DNA of 64,000 nucleotides, from NCBI GenBank assembly GCA_002411005.1, contig DHQC01000015.1, positions 345-64,344 on the forward strand. The letters are read 5' to 3'. Origin of the DNA: Bacillales bacterium UBA5348. GTDB lineage: Bacteria > Bacillota_I > Bacilli_A > RF39 > UBA660. Each line of letters opens with the position of its first letter. The first letter of the stretch is position 1. The notes below the pieces were generated by a model that ran no database searches, was not told where the DNA came from, and saw only the letters and a list, made by a program, of their open reading frames with translations. A program made the translations under genes and the position numbers. This document shows positions 29,984 to 40,324 of this stretch, in pieces.

Positions 29984-30415
29984 CTATTTGATTCCTTTAT
30001 GCTCTACTAAGATTTTCTTTATTCCATTAACTGGTAATAAGGCACATTTTTTACGATTAGGTTGTTTATATATTTCATTATATACTATAGCTTCACCTAA
30101 ATCATCAGCATTATATTTTTCTTCATTAATCATAGCTTCATACTCTCCAATTATATGAAGAGCTTCATCAACACTTTTATTAAGTAGTGTTTTAATAATT
30201 ATTGAGGTAGCTGAGGTTGATATAGCGCAAGCTTCGCCATCAAATCTAATATCAGCAATAATATTACTATCAATTTTAATCATCAAATCAATATTATCAA
30301 TACATGATTCATTATTCATGTTAACACGTTTATAACTATCATCAGAAACTAATCCTTTATTAAAAGGATTAGAATAGTTTTCCAATATGATTGCTCTTCT
30401 TAAATTGTTTTCCAT
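29984..30415 (-). CDS. sufU: SufU sulfur-transfer/scaffold protein
   Basis: NESCID, GEACAIS and RKKCALL motifs. Confidence 0.93.
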   Translation of the reverse strand: MENNLRRAIILENYSNPFNKGLVSDDSYKRVNMNNESCIDNIDLMIKIDSNIIADIRFDGEACAISTSATSIIIKTLLNKSVDEALHIIGEYEAMINEEKYNADDLGEAIVYNEIYKQPNRKKCALLPVNGIKKILVEHKGIK

Positions 30416-30423
30416 CCTATCAC

Positions 30424-31617
30424 CTACAATGACTCTTCTAATATTTTATCGTTATTTAAAACATTAACTAAATAATCAATTTCCTCTTTTGCATTATATA
30501 AATAAAAACTAAGGCGGCAAGTATTGTTAATACCTAAATTATCTTTTAATAATTTTGCACAATGATTACCCGCTCTAACACATATCTTATATTTATTTAA
30601 ATAAACAGCTGTATCTTGGCTAAAAACTCCTTTTACATTGAAGGCAACAATACCTCCTTTAGTATCTGGGTTATATAGTTCTATGTTGTTTAATTTACGT
30701 AACTTATCTATGGCATATTTCTTTAATTTTTGATCATGAAGAGTTATCTTATCAATACCAATCGAATTAATATAATCAATAGCGGCTCCTAAACCAATTA
30801 CACCTGCAATATTTGGTGTACCAGCTTCTAAACGCCAAGGTAAAGACTTTAATTCATATTCATTTAAACTGGTAAAAGATGAGTTCATTCCACCACCTAC
30901 AAAAAGTGGTTTCAATTCATTAAGCAAATCATATTTACCATATAAAACTCCGATCCCTGTAGGTCCCAACATTTTGTGACCCGAGAAAGCTAAAAAATCA
31001 ATATTTAACTCCCTAACATCAGTCTTTGTATGGGGAACACTTTGAGCACCATCTACAACAACATAAACACCTTGTTCATGAGCATAAGAACTTATTTCCT
31101 TAATCGGTCTTATATCTCCTACAACATTAGGAATGTGTGCTAAGGCTATAACTTTAGTTTTATTTGTCATAGCTTTTTTAACATTATCAAGGGTTACCTC
31201 AAGTTTGTCATCCAAGTCGATATATTTAATAACAATACCAATCTTTTCTGCTAAAACAAACCAAGGTAAAGTAAGAGATGCGTGCTCAGCTTTAGTTATT
31301 AATACCTCATCCCCGCTTTTTAAATGATATTTAAAGAAACCATCGATGATCATATTAAGGGAAGCGGTTGCACCACTAGTAAAAATAATTTCAGCCGAAT
31401 CATCAGCATTAATAAAATTTTTAACCTTTTCTCTAACAACCTCATACATTTTGTCAACTTTTAAACTAAAATCATAATCACCTCTATGAGCATTAGCGCC
31501 ATAGTGTTCATAATAATCCTTTATCGCATCAATAACTGACCTTGGTTTTAAAGTAGTCGCACCGTTATCAAAATAATATATTTCATTATCTAGCATTGGA
31601 AAATCTTCTCTATTCAT
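30424..31617 (-). CDS. sufS: cysteine desulfurase SufS
   Basis: DNGATTLKP, FSGHKMLGPTG and RAGNHCA motifs. Confidence 0.96.
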   Translation of the reverse strand: MNREDFPMLDNEIYYFDNGATTLKPRSVIDAIKDYYEHYGANAHRGDYDFSLKVDKMYEVVREKVKNFINADDSAEIIFTSGATASLNMIIDGFFKYHLKSGDEVLITKAEHASLTLPWFVLAEKIGIVIKYIDLDDKLEVTLDNVKKAMTNKTKVIALAHIPNVVGDIRPIKEISSYAHEQGVYVVVDGAQSVPHTKTDVRELNIDFLAFSGHKMLGPTGIGVLYGKYDLLNELKPLFVGGGMNSSFTSLNEYELKSLPWRLEAGTPNIAGVIGLGAAIDYINSIGIDKITLHDQKLKKYAIDKLRKLNNIELYNPDTKGGIVAFNVKGVFSQDTAVYLNKYKICVRAGNHCAKLLKDNLGINNTCRLSFYLYNAKEEIDYLVNVLNNDKILEESL

Positions 31618-31622
31618 AATTA

Positions 31623-32408
31623 TTACCTCCCTATTTTTTCAATTATCTTCTCAAGTTTATGTTTAACATCCTCATCCAAAGTAAATGTTTCTAACAAGAA
31701 ACCTTTCATAAGAAGATAATATCCTTCCTTTGGTGGTATTCCTCTTGTTTGTAAATAAAATATTTCATCTTCACTAAAACGTCCAATAGACGCTCCATGT
31801 CTTGCTTCAACCATATATTCATCAATAAAAAGATTTGGTTTTATAATACTAGTACCATTACCCATCGTCATTATTTTATTATCCTGATTTAAAACACTAT
31901 CACACATACCACGTTTAACAAAACCATTAACAAGTAGCTCTATAGAACCAGAGTCAAATGTTACACCATGATTATAAATATTACTAATAGTATTCTTATT
32001 ATTATGATTAATATTAATGTTATATTTTTGAGTTGAAGAACTCATGACACTTAAATTAAATAGAACTTCTGCAGCAAAGCCATCTAAATTAATTGAGACA
32101 TCTTCATTATACTCATTCATATAATAAAACTTATTAATAATAACTTTACTATTATTACTTATTATATATTTATATTTTGAATCCCGACTTATTTTATCAT
32201 CTTTTATCTCTAAAAGAGAAACAGAAACGTTATCATCAACCATAATTAATACTTTTTGATAGATATTATTAATTATCATTATAGACTCAGAACATTTATT
32301 AGTAACATTTATATTTAGAGTATCTCCCTTAATAGTTACAGTTGTTCCTGCCACATCGTTTTGTATTTTATTTTTTGCTAGTACTTCTATTTTATTCATC
32401 ATTTTCAT
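31623..32408 (-). CDS. sufD: SufD-like protein (short, divergent)
   Basis: PNLFIDEYMVEARHGASIG...FYLQTRGI, located between sufC and sufS. Confidence 0.85.
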   Translation of the reverse strand: MKMMNKIEVLAKNKIQNDVAGTTVTIKGDTLNINVTNKCSESIMIINNIYQKVLIMVDDNVSVSLLEIKDDKISRDSKYKYIISNNSKVIINKFYYMNEYNEDVSINLDGFAAEVLFNLSVMSSSTQKYNININHNNKNTISNIYNHGVTFDSGSIELLVNGFVKRGMCDSVLNQDNKIMTMGNGTSIIKPNLFIDEYMVEARHGASIGRFSEDEIFYLQTRGIPPKEGYYLLMKGFLLETFTLDEDVKHKLEKIIEKIGR

Positions 32409-33183
32409 TTTCCTTTATAGCATCTTCACCAACTAAATCGTTTGTTGTGTTAAAAGTAAAATCAAAACCGTGCTTCTCAAGTTCTAAAGCAAGCTTATAA
32501 TCACCTGTTTTAACAATCTTACCTCCAGTCATTATATGAACATATAAAGGTTTAATATAATCAAGTATTTTTTGGTGATGGGTGATAATAATAACCGCTG
32601 TATCAGGATAATCATTTCTATAATCATTAATATTTTCAGCAACAATTCTTAAGCTATCAATATCGAGTCCCGAATCTATTTCGTCTAAAATAATTAGTTT
32701 TGGTTCTAATAATTTCATTTGGAGGATTTCGTTTTTCTTACGTTCACCACCTGAAAAACCAACATTAACTGAACGATGAATCATATTTTTATCCATTTTT
32801 AAATCATTCGTTATAGCTTCCGTTTTTTTAGCAAACTGATAAAGATTTAATTTACCTTCATTTTTTATACTTAGAGCGGTTCTTAAAAAATCTGAATTTG
32901 AGACACCTTCTATTTCCATTGGAGATTGCATTGCAAGAAAAATACCCAATCGGGCTCTCTCGTCTGTTTTTATATCCTTAATATCTTGACCATCAAAAAG
33001 AATTGAACCATTAGTAACTTTATAATGTTGATCCCCCATAATTGTTTTCGATAATGTAGATTTACCACTACCATTAGGACCCATTATAACATGAATTTCT
33101 CCCGGTTTAATTTCGAGGTTATAATTATTTAATATTTGTTTATCATCTATCATTACACTTAAATCATCTATTTTTAATAACAT
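32392..33183 (-). CDS. sufC: Fe-S assembly ATPase SufC
   Basis: MGPNGSGKST, GFSGGERKKNE and DSGLDID motifs. Confidence 0.96.
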   Translation of the reverse strand: MLLKIDDLSVMIDDKQILNNYNLEIKPGEIHVIMGPNGSGKSTLSKTIMGDQHYKVTNGSILFDGQDIKDIKTDERARLGIFLAMQSPMEIEGVSNSDFLRTALSIKNEGKLNLYQFAKKTEAITNDLKMDKNMIHRSVNVGFSGGERKKNEILQMKLLEPKLIILDEIDSGLDIDSLRIVAENINDYRNDYPDTAVIIITHHQKILDYIKPLYVHIMTGGKIVKTGDYKLALELEKHGFDFTFNTTNDLVGEDAIKENENDE

Positions 33184-33303
33184 TCAAACGCCCTCTTTCG
33201 TGTTTTAATTTTATCATCTATTGACTAAAGTTACAAGATAAAAAAAAGTCAGTTATTTGAACTAACCAGATTATTTAATTATATTTTGACAACTATTATA
33301 TAT

Positions 33304-34083
33304 CTACAATAATCTTTGTATATTCTGACGAAAGATTTTTACTTTTGCTTGTTCCGATATTTCTGCATCCCCTACTATAGCTAAATCTCTATTGTATGAA
33401 TAATCCTGTTTTTGATCCTCATAATATATTTTTCCATAAGGATAATCACTTCCATATATAATTCGATCTTCACCAACAATAGCGATTGCTTTCTCTACCG
33501 CCGTTTTTTCACCAATAGTAGAAGTCTCAAAGTATACATTATTAAAAGAACTTAATTTAGACACCACTTCTAAGATGCCATTCATTGTATACAATTCATT
33601 TCTACCCATATGTGCTAAAATTAGTTTTATTTTAGGAGCATATTCTAGTATTTGTTTTACTTGTTCTGGTTTGTTTTTAAATAATGCATGTAAAATTAGT
33701 GAACAATTATAAGCTTCTAGTATTTGAAAATATTTTTTAAGATCTGAAATATTTAATTGCTCATATAACAAATGTAATTTTGCACCTTTAAAGCCTTTAT
33801 TTAGATTTTCTTCCAAATTTTTATTTAATCTACAAAAAGGTATAATGCGATCTGGGTATTTAAGATACTCTTCATATATATAGTTATTCGAATTATCAAC
33901 GTCTATTCTCATATGTGGCACAGCAAAAGCGATAGATTTATCAACATTATTATCATCCATTATCTTAATAAATTGTTCTGCTTCGTTTTTCATTCTAAAA
34001 ACAGATTCTTTTGCCTGTTCAGACAAAAAAGGAGAATATTTCCCAGTACCAAAATGTACATGAGCATCAATTATTTTATACAT
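33304..34083 (-). CDS. amidohydrolase family (Amidohydro_2)
   Basis: IIDAHVH, KLH, AHMG and YGSDYP motifs. Confidence 0.88.
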   Translation of the reverse strand: MYKIIDAHVHFGTGKYSPFLSEQAKESVFRMKNEAEQFIKIMDDNNVDKSIAFAVPHMRIDVDNSNNYIYEEYLKYPDRIIPFCRLNKNLEENLNKGFKGAKLHLLYEQLNISDLKKYFQILEAYNCSLILHALFKNKPEQVKQILEYAPKIKLILAHMGRNELYTMNGILEVVSKLSSFNNVYFETSTIGEKTAVEKAIAIVGEDRIIYGSDYPYGKIYYEDQKQDYSYNRDLAIVGDAEISEQAKVKIFRQNIQRLL

Positions 34084-34237
34084 TTATACCCCTCCTTAAC
34101 TTTCTATAAAAATATATATATCAAGAAATATTTTTTACGTGTATTATACTAAAAAGATACAATATGTCAATCTTTTTGGTTTTATCAATGCAAAAGAACC
34201 AGATAAATATGATATAGTATAATAAGGAGATGATATT

Positions 34238-34603
34238 ATGGACTGCATTTTTTGCAAGATTATAAATGGAGATATTCCTTCATATACGATATATGAAGAT
34301 GATATGGTTAAAGTGTTTTTAGATGCAAATCCCCACTCTAATGGCCATATGCTTATTATATCTAAAGAACATTTTTTAGATATAATGGATATTGAGAAAG
34401 ATGTGCTAACTTATATTTATAAAGACATCACACCAAAAATGTATAAATTATTACAGGACAAATTAGGGATTGATGGTTTGAAAATTTGTCAAAACAACGG
34501 TATAGCTCAAGAAGTAAAACATTATCATGTTCATCTTATTCCAACTTATAAACAAAGGTATGAACTACTTGATATTAAAGAGATTTACGGAAAATTAGTA
34601 TAA
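34238..34603 (+). CDS. hit: HIT family protein
   Basis: DCIFCKI and HYHVHLIP motifs. Confidence 0.95.
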   Translation: MDCIFCKIINGDIPSYTIYEDDMVKVFLDANPHSNGHMLIISKEHFLDIMDIEKDVLTYIYKDITPKMYKLLQDKLGIDGLKICQNNGIAQEVKHYHVHLIPTYKQRYELLDIKEIYGKLV

Positions 34604-34614
34604 AAAAGAGATTT

Positions 34615-35187
34615 TTATCTCTTTTTTGGTTTATACTTTAAAGTCATAGCACGATCTTGATCATTATACATTAAATTTCTAGGTACATATGTATTATTAA
34701 GTGTTGCTATATTCAAAATATCATTTAAATTATAAGCATCCATATTAAAGGTCGTTATACGGGCTTCAATTACTTCACCATAATTGGTAATAACATCCCC
34801 GACCATTTCATTGTATTTAGGACTATAAATAATAGTTGCTTGGTTTCCTGTCCAACTCTTTTGTAGATTGCGATCTTCTTCAGAAAAAACAGCTGGATAA
34901 ATACCATGAGAATGATAGCAACCAATTAGCATTATATTTCTGCCTAAATTACGTTGCTCATATAAATAATTTTTTGCACGTAGGAAATATGAAAGTCCAA
35001 AAGTAAAACTACTATCAGTTCCAAACAACTTTTCATAATATACATCCGTTACAATTACTTCTATACCATCCTGTGTTTTTTTAGTGCAACCGTATAAATA
35101 TCCACCACATTCAAGTTCACTATTAATAAATGTGTGATTTATAATTGCTTCAAAGACTGTTTCATGTAGTTTAATTACTGCTTTCAC
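34615..35187 (-). CDS. JAB/MPN (Mov34) domain metallo-isopeptidase
   Basis: ECGGYLYG...IGCYHSHGIYPAVFSEED, the JAMM motif. Confidence 0.85.
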   Translation of the reverse strand: MKAVIKLHETVFEAIINHTFINSELECGGYLYGCTKKTQDGIEVIVTDVYYEKLFGTDSSFTFGLSYFLRAKNYLYEQRNLGRNIMLIGCYHSHGIYPAVFSEEDRNLQKSWTGNQATIIYSPKYNEMVGDVITNYGEVIEARITTFNMDAYNLNDILNIATLNNTYVPRNLMYNDQDRAMTLKYKPKKR

Positions 35188-35244
35188 CTAATCACCCCAA
35201 GTAAGAGTTATTCTATATGCATAAGGAAAATTTGTCAAATAAAA

Positions 35245-35269
35245 TAAAAAAGAGGTGCGCCTCTTTTTT
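35245..35269 (-). terminator. terminator after the YjcZ-family pair
   Basis: AAAAAAGAGG-TGCG-CCTCTTTTTT. Confidence 0.65.
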
Positions 35270-35270
35270 A

Positions 35271-35378
35271 TTAGCAAATAACAGATCCTAAGATTATTGC
35301 TAAAAGAATATATAAAACTAAAATAATAATATATCCGGTATTTCCACAAGGGTTACCACAAGGATTACTACAAGTCAT
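35271..35378 (-). CDS. YjcZ/SscA-family small sporulation protein, 35 aa
   Basis: MTCSNPCGNPCGNTGYIIILVLYILLAIILGSVIC with RBS AAGGAGG. Missing from the ORF track. Confidence 0.8.
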   Translation of the reverse strand: MTCSNPCGNPCGNTGYIIILVLYILLAIILGSVIC

Positions 35379-35406
35379 TTATTACACCTCCTTACTAATT
35401 AATTAA

Positions 35407-35490
35407 TTAGATCCATGCACCTATGACAATTACTAAGAGAATAAATAATACTAATACGATAGCAGATCCAGTAACATATGAACTTCCCAT
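35407..35490 (-). CDS. YjcZ/SscA-family small sporulation protein, 27 aa
   Basis: MGSSYVTGSAIVLVLFILLVIVIGAWI with RBS AGGAGG. Confidence 0.85.
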   Translation of the reverse strand: MGSSYVTGSAIVLVLFILLVIVIGAWI

Positions 35491-35522
35491 AAATTCAATC
35501 CTCCTTTTTATCTTTTCACAAT

Positions 35523-35551
35523 ATTGTATGGTAAAGTCGTGATAAGTGTGA
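35523..35551 (-). promoter_or_regulatory. sigma-K-like promoter
   Basis: TCACACT, 14 bp, CATACAAT upstream of the YjcZ pair. Confidence 0.6.
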
Positions 35552-35633
35552 TTACTTATAACTAAATTCTTGTATTTTAAAGCAATATTTGTTATGATTG
35601 ATGTGTTATTAAAAGAGGAGGATATAAATAAAT

Positions 35634-36602
35634 ATGAAAAAAACACTGATAATTAGTTTATGCTTAATAACAACTTTAGTTACAGGATGTGGTAAAGTTG
35701 CACAGTTAGAAAATGGTGAAGAAGTAGTTGCTGTTATTGATGAAAAGAATATAACTGCTGATGAATTATATACTGCAGTTAAGGATAAATATGCTAGAGA
35801 TGTTTTAATTGATATAGTAGACCAAACAATATTAAATAAGGTTTATAAGACTGATGATACTATGACTACAGCTGTTAATAATGAAATTGGTTACTATAAA
35901 GAACAATTAGGTGAAAATTTTGGTTCTTATATTAAAAGTCAACTTGATTTAAACAGCGAAGAAGAATTAAATGAATTTCTATTATTAAACTATAAGAGAA
36001 ATTTAGCTACTAAGGATTATGTTAAAACAACTATTAGTGATGAAGAAATTAATACTTATTACGAAGAAGAAACAGTTGGAGATATTAAGGCAAGTCATAT
36101 TTTAATTAAACCTAAGGTAACTGAAAACATGGCTGACACAGATATAACTATTGCCGAAGAGAAAGCTCTTACAAAAGCTAAGGATATAATTGCTAAACTA
36201 AATGCAGGTGAAGATTTTGCAGAGTTAGCAAAAGCAAATTCAGCTGATGGTAGTGCAGAAAAAGGCGGAGATTTAGGTTGGTTTAATAAAGGTGATATGG
36301 TAAGCGAATTTGAAGAAGCAGCTTTTGCTCTTGCTAAAGGTAAATATACGCCTGATCCTGTTAAAACAACTTTTGGTTATCACATTATTTTAAAAACAGA
36401 TGTTAGAGATAAAAAAAGCTTAGAAGACTCTAAAGAAGAAATTATTAAAGATATAACAGATGATAAATTAGCTGAAGAAAATAGTATTCTTCCTTTCCAA
36501 GCGTTAAATGAACTTAGAAAGAAATACAAACTTAACATTCAAGATTCAGAATTAAAGAAACAATATGATTCTTATATGAAAGAACTTTTAACAGAGAATT
36601 AA
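35634..36602 (+). CDS. prsA: foldase PrsA (parvulin PPIase lipoprotein)
   Basis: Lipobox VTGC, ASHILI, GGDLGWF and FGYHII motifs. Confidence 0.94.
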   Translation: MKKTLIISLCLITTLVTGCGKVAQLENGEEVVAVIDEKNITADELYTAVKDKYARDVLIDIVDQTILNKVYKTDDTMTTAVNNEIGYYKEQLGENFGSYIKSQLDLNSEEELNEFLLLNYKRNLATKDYVKTTISDEEINTYYEEETVGDIKASHILIKPKVTENMADTDITIAEEKALTKAKDIIAKLNAGEDFAELAKANSADGSAEKGGDLGWFNKGDMVSEFEEAAFALAKGKYTPDPVKTTFGYHIILKTDVRDKKSLEDSKEEIIKDITDDKLAEENSILPFQALNELRKKYKLNIQDSELKKQYDSYMKELLTEN

Positions 36603-36627
36603 AATAAAGGAACTATTAATAGTTCCT

Positions 36628-37389
36628 TTATTTTTCAATATTATTTAAATCAGAAGTATCATAACCTTTTTGATACAAATGTTGTTTAATAGTCATATCA
36701 AGTTTATAACCACTATATTTATTGGAGTATTTCTTATATAATTTTTGATACTCTTTTTCAATATTAGTATTACTTCTAAAATTATGATTATTAAGTTTCT
36801 CTAAAACCATATTTCTGTCATATCCTAAATTAATCAAATAATTTAATATCTTATTTTTTAACATATTACCTGTATATTTACTTTTTAATTTCTTTTGTTT
36901 AGTAATTAACTTATCAAGTTTATCACTTATTTGATGTTCATCAACATTTACTAATACTTCTTTAATAATATTATCATTGATTTTAAAACTATTGAGAGCT
37001 GTTTCTATTTTACCTACTCCATCGTTACTTAAGTTCAATCTATCATTAACATATGCTTTAGCAAAAGCTAAATCATTAATATAACCTTCTCTTTCTAATT
37101 TTACTATTACTTCGTCGATAAGTGATTCATCAAATTTCTTGTTCGCTAAATGTTTTCTAATTTCCTCTCTGCTTCTCATTCTTACATTTATATAATCTAG
37201 AGCTAAATGATAAGGTGTTGCTTTATAATTATCTGAATTAATTTTTTCTAACAACTTAGAATCTACATTTTTACCAGCTAAAATAAGATTATTTATTATA
37301 ACCTCTTCGTATAAAACTAAATTGCTATTATTATCAAATGTCACTTTGTACTTTCCTTTTGACATTTTTTTTATTTTTAAAACTTTCAC
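36628..37389 (-). CDS. recX: RecX regulatory protein
   Basis: RMRSREEIR..L...GYINDLAFA motif. Confidence 0.88.
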   Translation of the reverse strand: MKVLKIKKMSKGKYKVTFDNNSNLVLYEEVIINNLILAGKNVDSKLLEKINSDNYKATPYHLALDYINVRMRSREEIRKHLANKKFDESLIDEVIVKLEREGYINDLAFAKAYVNDRLNLSNDGVGKIETALNSFKINDNIIKEVLVNVDEHQISDKLDKLITKQKKLKSKYTGNMLKNKILNYLINLGYDRNMVLEKLNNHNFRSNTNIEKEYQKLYKKYSNKYSGYKLDMTIKQHLYQKGYDTSDLNNIEK

Positions 37390-37438
37390 GATATCACCTC
37401 TATCTAGATTATATCATTACAAAAGAAAAAACTTAACA

Positions 37439-37633
37439 CTATTTTATATGTATTAAGTTTTCGGCTATTTCTTCTAAAGCTTTACTTAAAGTCGTTTTTG
37501 AAGAGCTTGTTTTTTCATTTATTTGAACATAACCTGTTTCGGCTATTTGTCTAGATCTAGCAGCCGCTACAGTAACCAGTGTATATTTTGAATCCACAAT
37601 ACTTAACAACTTATCAATTGAAGGATAAATCAC
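37439..37633 (-). CDS. rpoZ: RNA polymerase omega subunit
   Basis: MIYPSIDKLL..VDSKYTLV..AA.R.RQ...ALEEI. Confidence 0.93.
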   Translation of the reverse strand: MIYPSIDKLLSIVDSKYTLVTVAAARSRQIAETGYVQINEKTSSSKTTLSKALEEIAENLIHIK

Positions 37634-37744
37634 GTTTTATCACACTCCCTACTATTAACATATACAAAAAATCAAGTGATTGCAAGGGAAGCGCTGTTTG
37701 TTTGACAATTCTAGACAACATTTTCTATTAATAAACGAAATTCT

Positions 37745-40324
37745 CTACTTAGCTTGATACCAGTTCTTTCCGAAATTGGTTTCAACTTTTAGTGGTACAT
37801 CTAGTTCATAACAATTTTCCATTAAGTCTGTAACAATTTTAAAAACTCTGTCTTTTTCATCATTTGCAACATTCAATATAAGTTCATCATGCACTTGCAT
37901 AATCATTTTACTCTTTAAACCAAGTTTTTTAAATTCTCTATATATATCAATCATTGCTTTTTTAATAATATCAGCACTACTACCTTGAACAGGTGTGTTC
38001 AAAGCCATTCTCTCACCTTGTTGTCTAATCATATAATTTTTATTATTTAATTCATCAATAACTCTCTTACGATTCATGACCGTTTTAACATAACCAGTTG
38101 CATAAGCATCTTTTATCATACTATCCATATACAATTTAATACCTGGATATGTATCAAAATACTTTTCAATAAACATTTTAGCTTCTTTCATATCTATATC
38201 TAAACCCTCTGATAAACCAAAACTACTTATGCCATATAAAATACCAAAGTTAACAGCTTTAGCTTTTCTTCGCATTTCACTATTTACTTCACTTTCACTA
38301 ACTTTGAAGATATCCATCGCTGTCTTTGTGTGAATATCCATGCCTTGTCTAAAGGCATCTATTAAATTCTTATTTCCTGATAAATGAGCAAAAATACGGA
38401 GCTCAATTTGAGAATAATCCGCCGACATAATTTCATGACTCTTACTAGGTAAGAAGGCTTTACGAATCAAACGACCATAATCATACCTTATAGGTATATT
38501 CTGTAAATTAGGTTCAGATGAAGATAATCTACCTGTTCTTGTTAAAGTTTGATTATAAATTGTATGAATCTTGTTATCGGACATGATACATTCCATAAGT
38601 CCTGTTACATATGTACTCCTTATTTTAGATAACATACGGTGTTCTAAAATTTTATTAATAATTGGATGCTCATTTTTTATCTTTTCCAATATATCTTTAC
38701 TAGTTGATACATTTTTTTTAGCATTTCCCGGATAAGGAATAGCAAGTTTAGTAAATAAAACCTGTCCTAATTGCTTAGGAGATGAAATGTTAAAACTAAA
38801 ACCTGCCAAGTTATAAATATCTCTCTCTAAAAATTCTAATTTGATATTTATTTCTTCCCCCATATCTATTAATGTCTTTTTATTAACTGCTACCCCTGTA
38901 TATTCCATATCAGCTAAAACAAAAGCTAAAGGAAGTTCTATATCATTATATAAAGGCATACAATCATCTTGTTTTAATTCCTCCATAAAACGTTCTTTAG
39001 TTTCAAATATAAATTTAGCTTTTCTAACACACATATCAGCTACAACATTCTCGTCTACCTTTTTAGCTTTACCTATAACTTCATAAAAAGGAATATCATA
39101 ACCTAACTGATTACCTAAATATGCAATATCGTCTTTAACATTATAATTTAATAAGTATGCAGCAAGCATTGCATCAAAATCAATATTATCCATTTCAATA
39201 TCTTGATACTTTAAAGCAATCGTCATTTTCTTTAAGTCGTAAGTATACTTCTTATTTTTAGTTAGAAAAGAAGGTTTTTTCTTTAACACTTCAAAAGGAA
39301 CATAAAAAGCATCACTCTCATTATAAACACCCATACCTAAAACTTGTCCCTTATGATAATTAGTTCCTAAGACTTCTAGATAAACACCAATGTTTCCGTC
39401 AATCTTAACATCTTCAACATCTTTGATTATTTTAACATCCTTAATATCGATTGTTGATTTTGCCTTTAAACCCTTAAGCAAAGAATAGAATTCTAATTCT
39501 TCATATGTATTAATTAGTTCATTAATATTTGGTTCTTTATATTTTATATCATTCAAATCAGCCTCAAGTGGAACTTCCTTATATATAGTCGCTAACTGTT
39601 TACTCATAAAAGCACTATCTTTATCTGCCATCAATTTTTCTTTTACTTTTCCACTAACCTTATCAATGTTTACATATATTCCTTCGACACTATCAAACTC
39701 TTGTATAAGCTTTAAAGCTGTTTTCTCACCAATTCCCTTTACTCCAGGAATATTATCAGAAGGATCACCTTGAAGCCCTTTTAAGTCAATCATCCTGATA
39801 GGTTCAACGCCATAAGTTTCTATAAAAGTATCTCTATTCATCCTAATAGAATCTTGTGTCTTTAAAAGTTTAACTTCTATTCTATCGTCAATAAGTTGCA
39901 ATAAGTCCTTATCACTACTAACAATAAGACCTCTAAACTCCTTAGTATTTGAAATCATTTTACTAAATGTTCCAATAATATCATCAGCTTCATAGCCTTC
40001 TGCCTCATAATATTTAATTCCCATATTATCAAGTATTGTTTTTGCAACACCAAATTGAGCCCTAAGCTCATCTGGCATTTCAATACGTCCCGCTTTATAA
40101 TTTTCATAACTTTCATGTCTAAATGTTTTTCCTTTATCAAGCGCAACCATTATATAATTTGGTTTTTCTTCATTAATAATTTTATTTATCATATTAACAA
40201 AACCGAAAAGTGCATTAGTTGGAAAACCTTTAGAATTCTTCATCATATTTCCAGAATAAGCCGTTGCATAATAACTTCTAAACAATAAATTATTTCCATC
40301 AATTAATATAGCCCTATTTTGCAT
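37745..40324 (-). CDS. polA: DNA polymerase I
   Basis: EADD, GDPSDNIPGV, TGRLSS.EPNLQNIP, DYSQIELR and QVHDE motifs. Confidence 0.98.
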   Translation of the reverse strand: MQNRAILIDGNNLLFRSYYATAYSGNMMKNSKGFPTNALFGFVNMINKIINEEKPNYIMVALDKGKTFRHESYENYKAGRIEMPDELRAQFGVAKTILDNMGIKYYEAEGYEADDIIGTFSKMISNTKEFRGLIVSSDKDLLQLIDDRIEVKLLKTQDSIRMNRDTFIETYGVEPIRMIDLKGLQGDPSDNIPGVKGIGEKTALKLIQEFDSVEGIYVNIDKVSGKVKEKLMADKDSAFMSKQLATIYKEVPLEADLNDIKYKEPNINELINTYEELEFYSLLKGLKAKSTIDIKDVKIIKDVEDVKIDGNIGVYLEVLGTNYHKGQVLGMGVYNESDAFYVPFEVLKKKPSFLTKNKKYTYDLKKMTIALKYQDIEMDNIDFDAMLAAYLLNYNVKDDIAYLGNQLGYDIPFYEVIGKAKKVDENVVADMCVRKAKFIFETKERFMEELKQDDCMPLYNDIELPLAFVLADMEYTGVAVNKKTLIDMGEEINIKLEFLERDIYNLAGFSFNISSPKQLGQVLFTKLAIPYPGNAKKNVSTSKDILEKIKNEHPIINKILEHRMLSKIRSTYVTGLMECIMSDNKIHTIYNQTLTRTGRLSSSEPNLQNIPIRYDYGRLIRKAFLPSKSHEIMSADYSQIELRIFAHLSGNKNLIDAFRQGMDIHTKTAMDIFKVSESEVNSEMRRKAKAVNFGILYGISSFGLSEGLDIDMKEAKMFIEKYFDTYPGIKLYMDSMIKDAYATGYVKTVMNRKRVIDELNNKNYMIRQQGERMALNTPVQGSSADIIKKAMIDIYREFKKLGLKSKMIMQVHDELILNVANDEKDRVFKIVTDLMENCYELDVPLKVETNFGKNWYQAK

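Noticed and set aside
35491-35646. N-terminal extension of the 79-aa ORF 35407..35646
   Set aside because: It overlaps prsA and the promoter region. The RBS supports ATG 35490.
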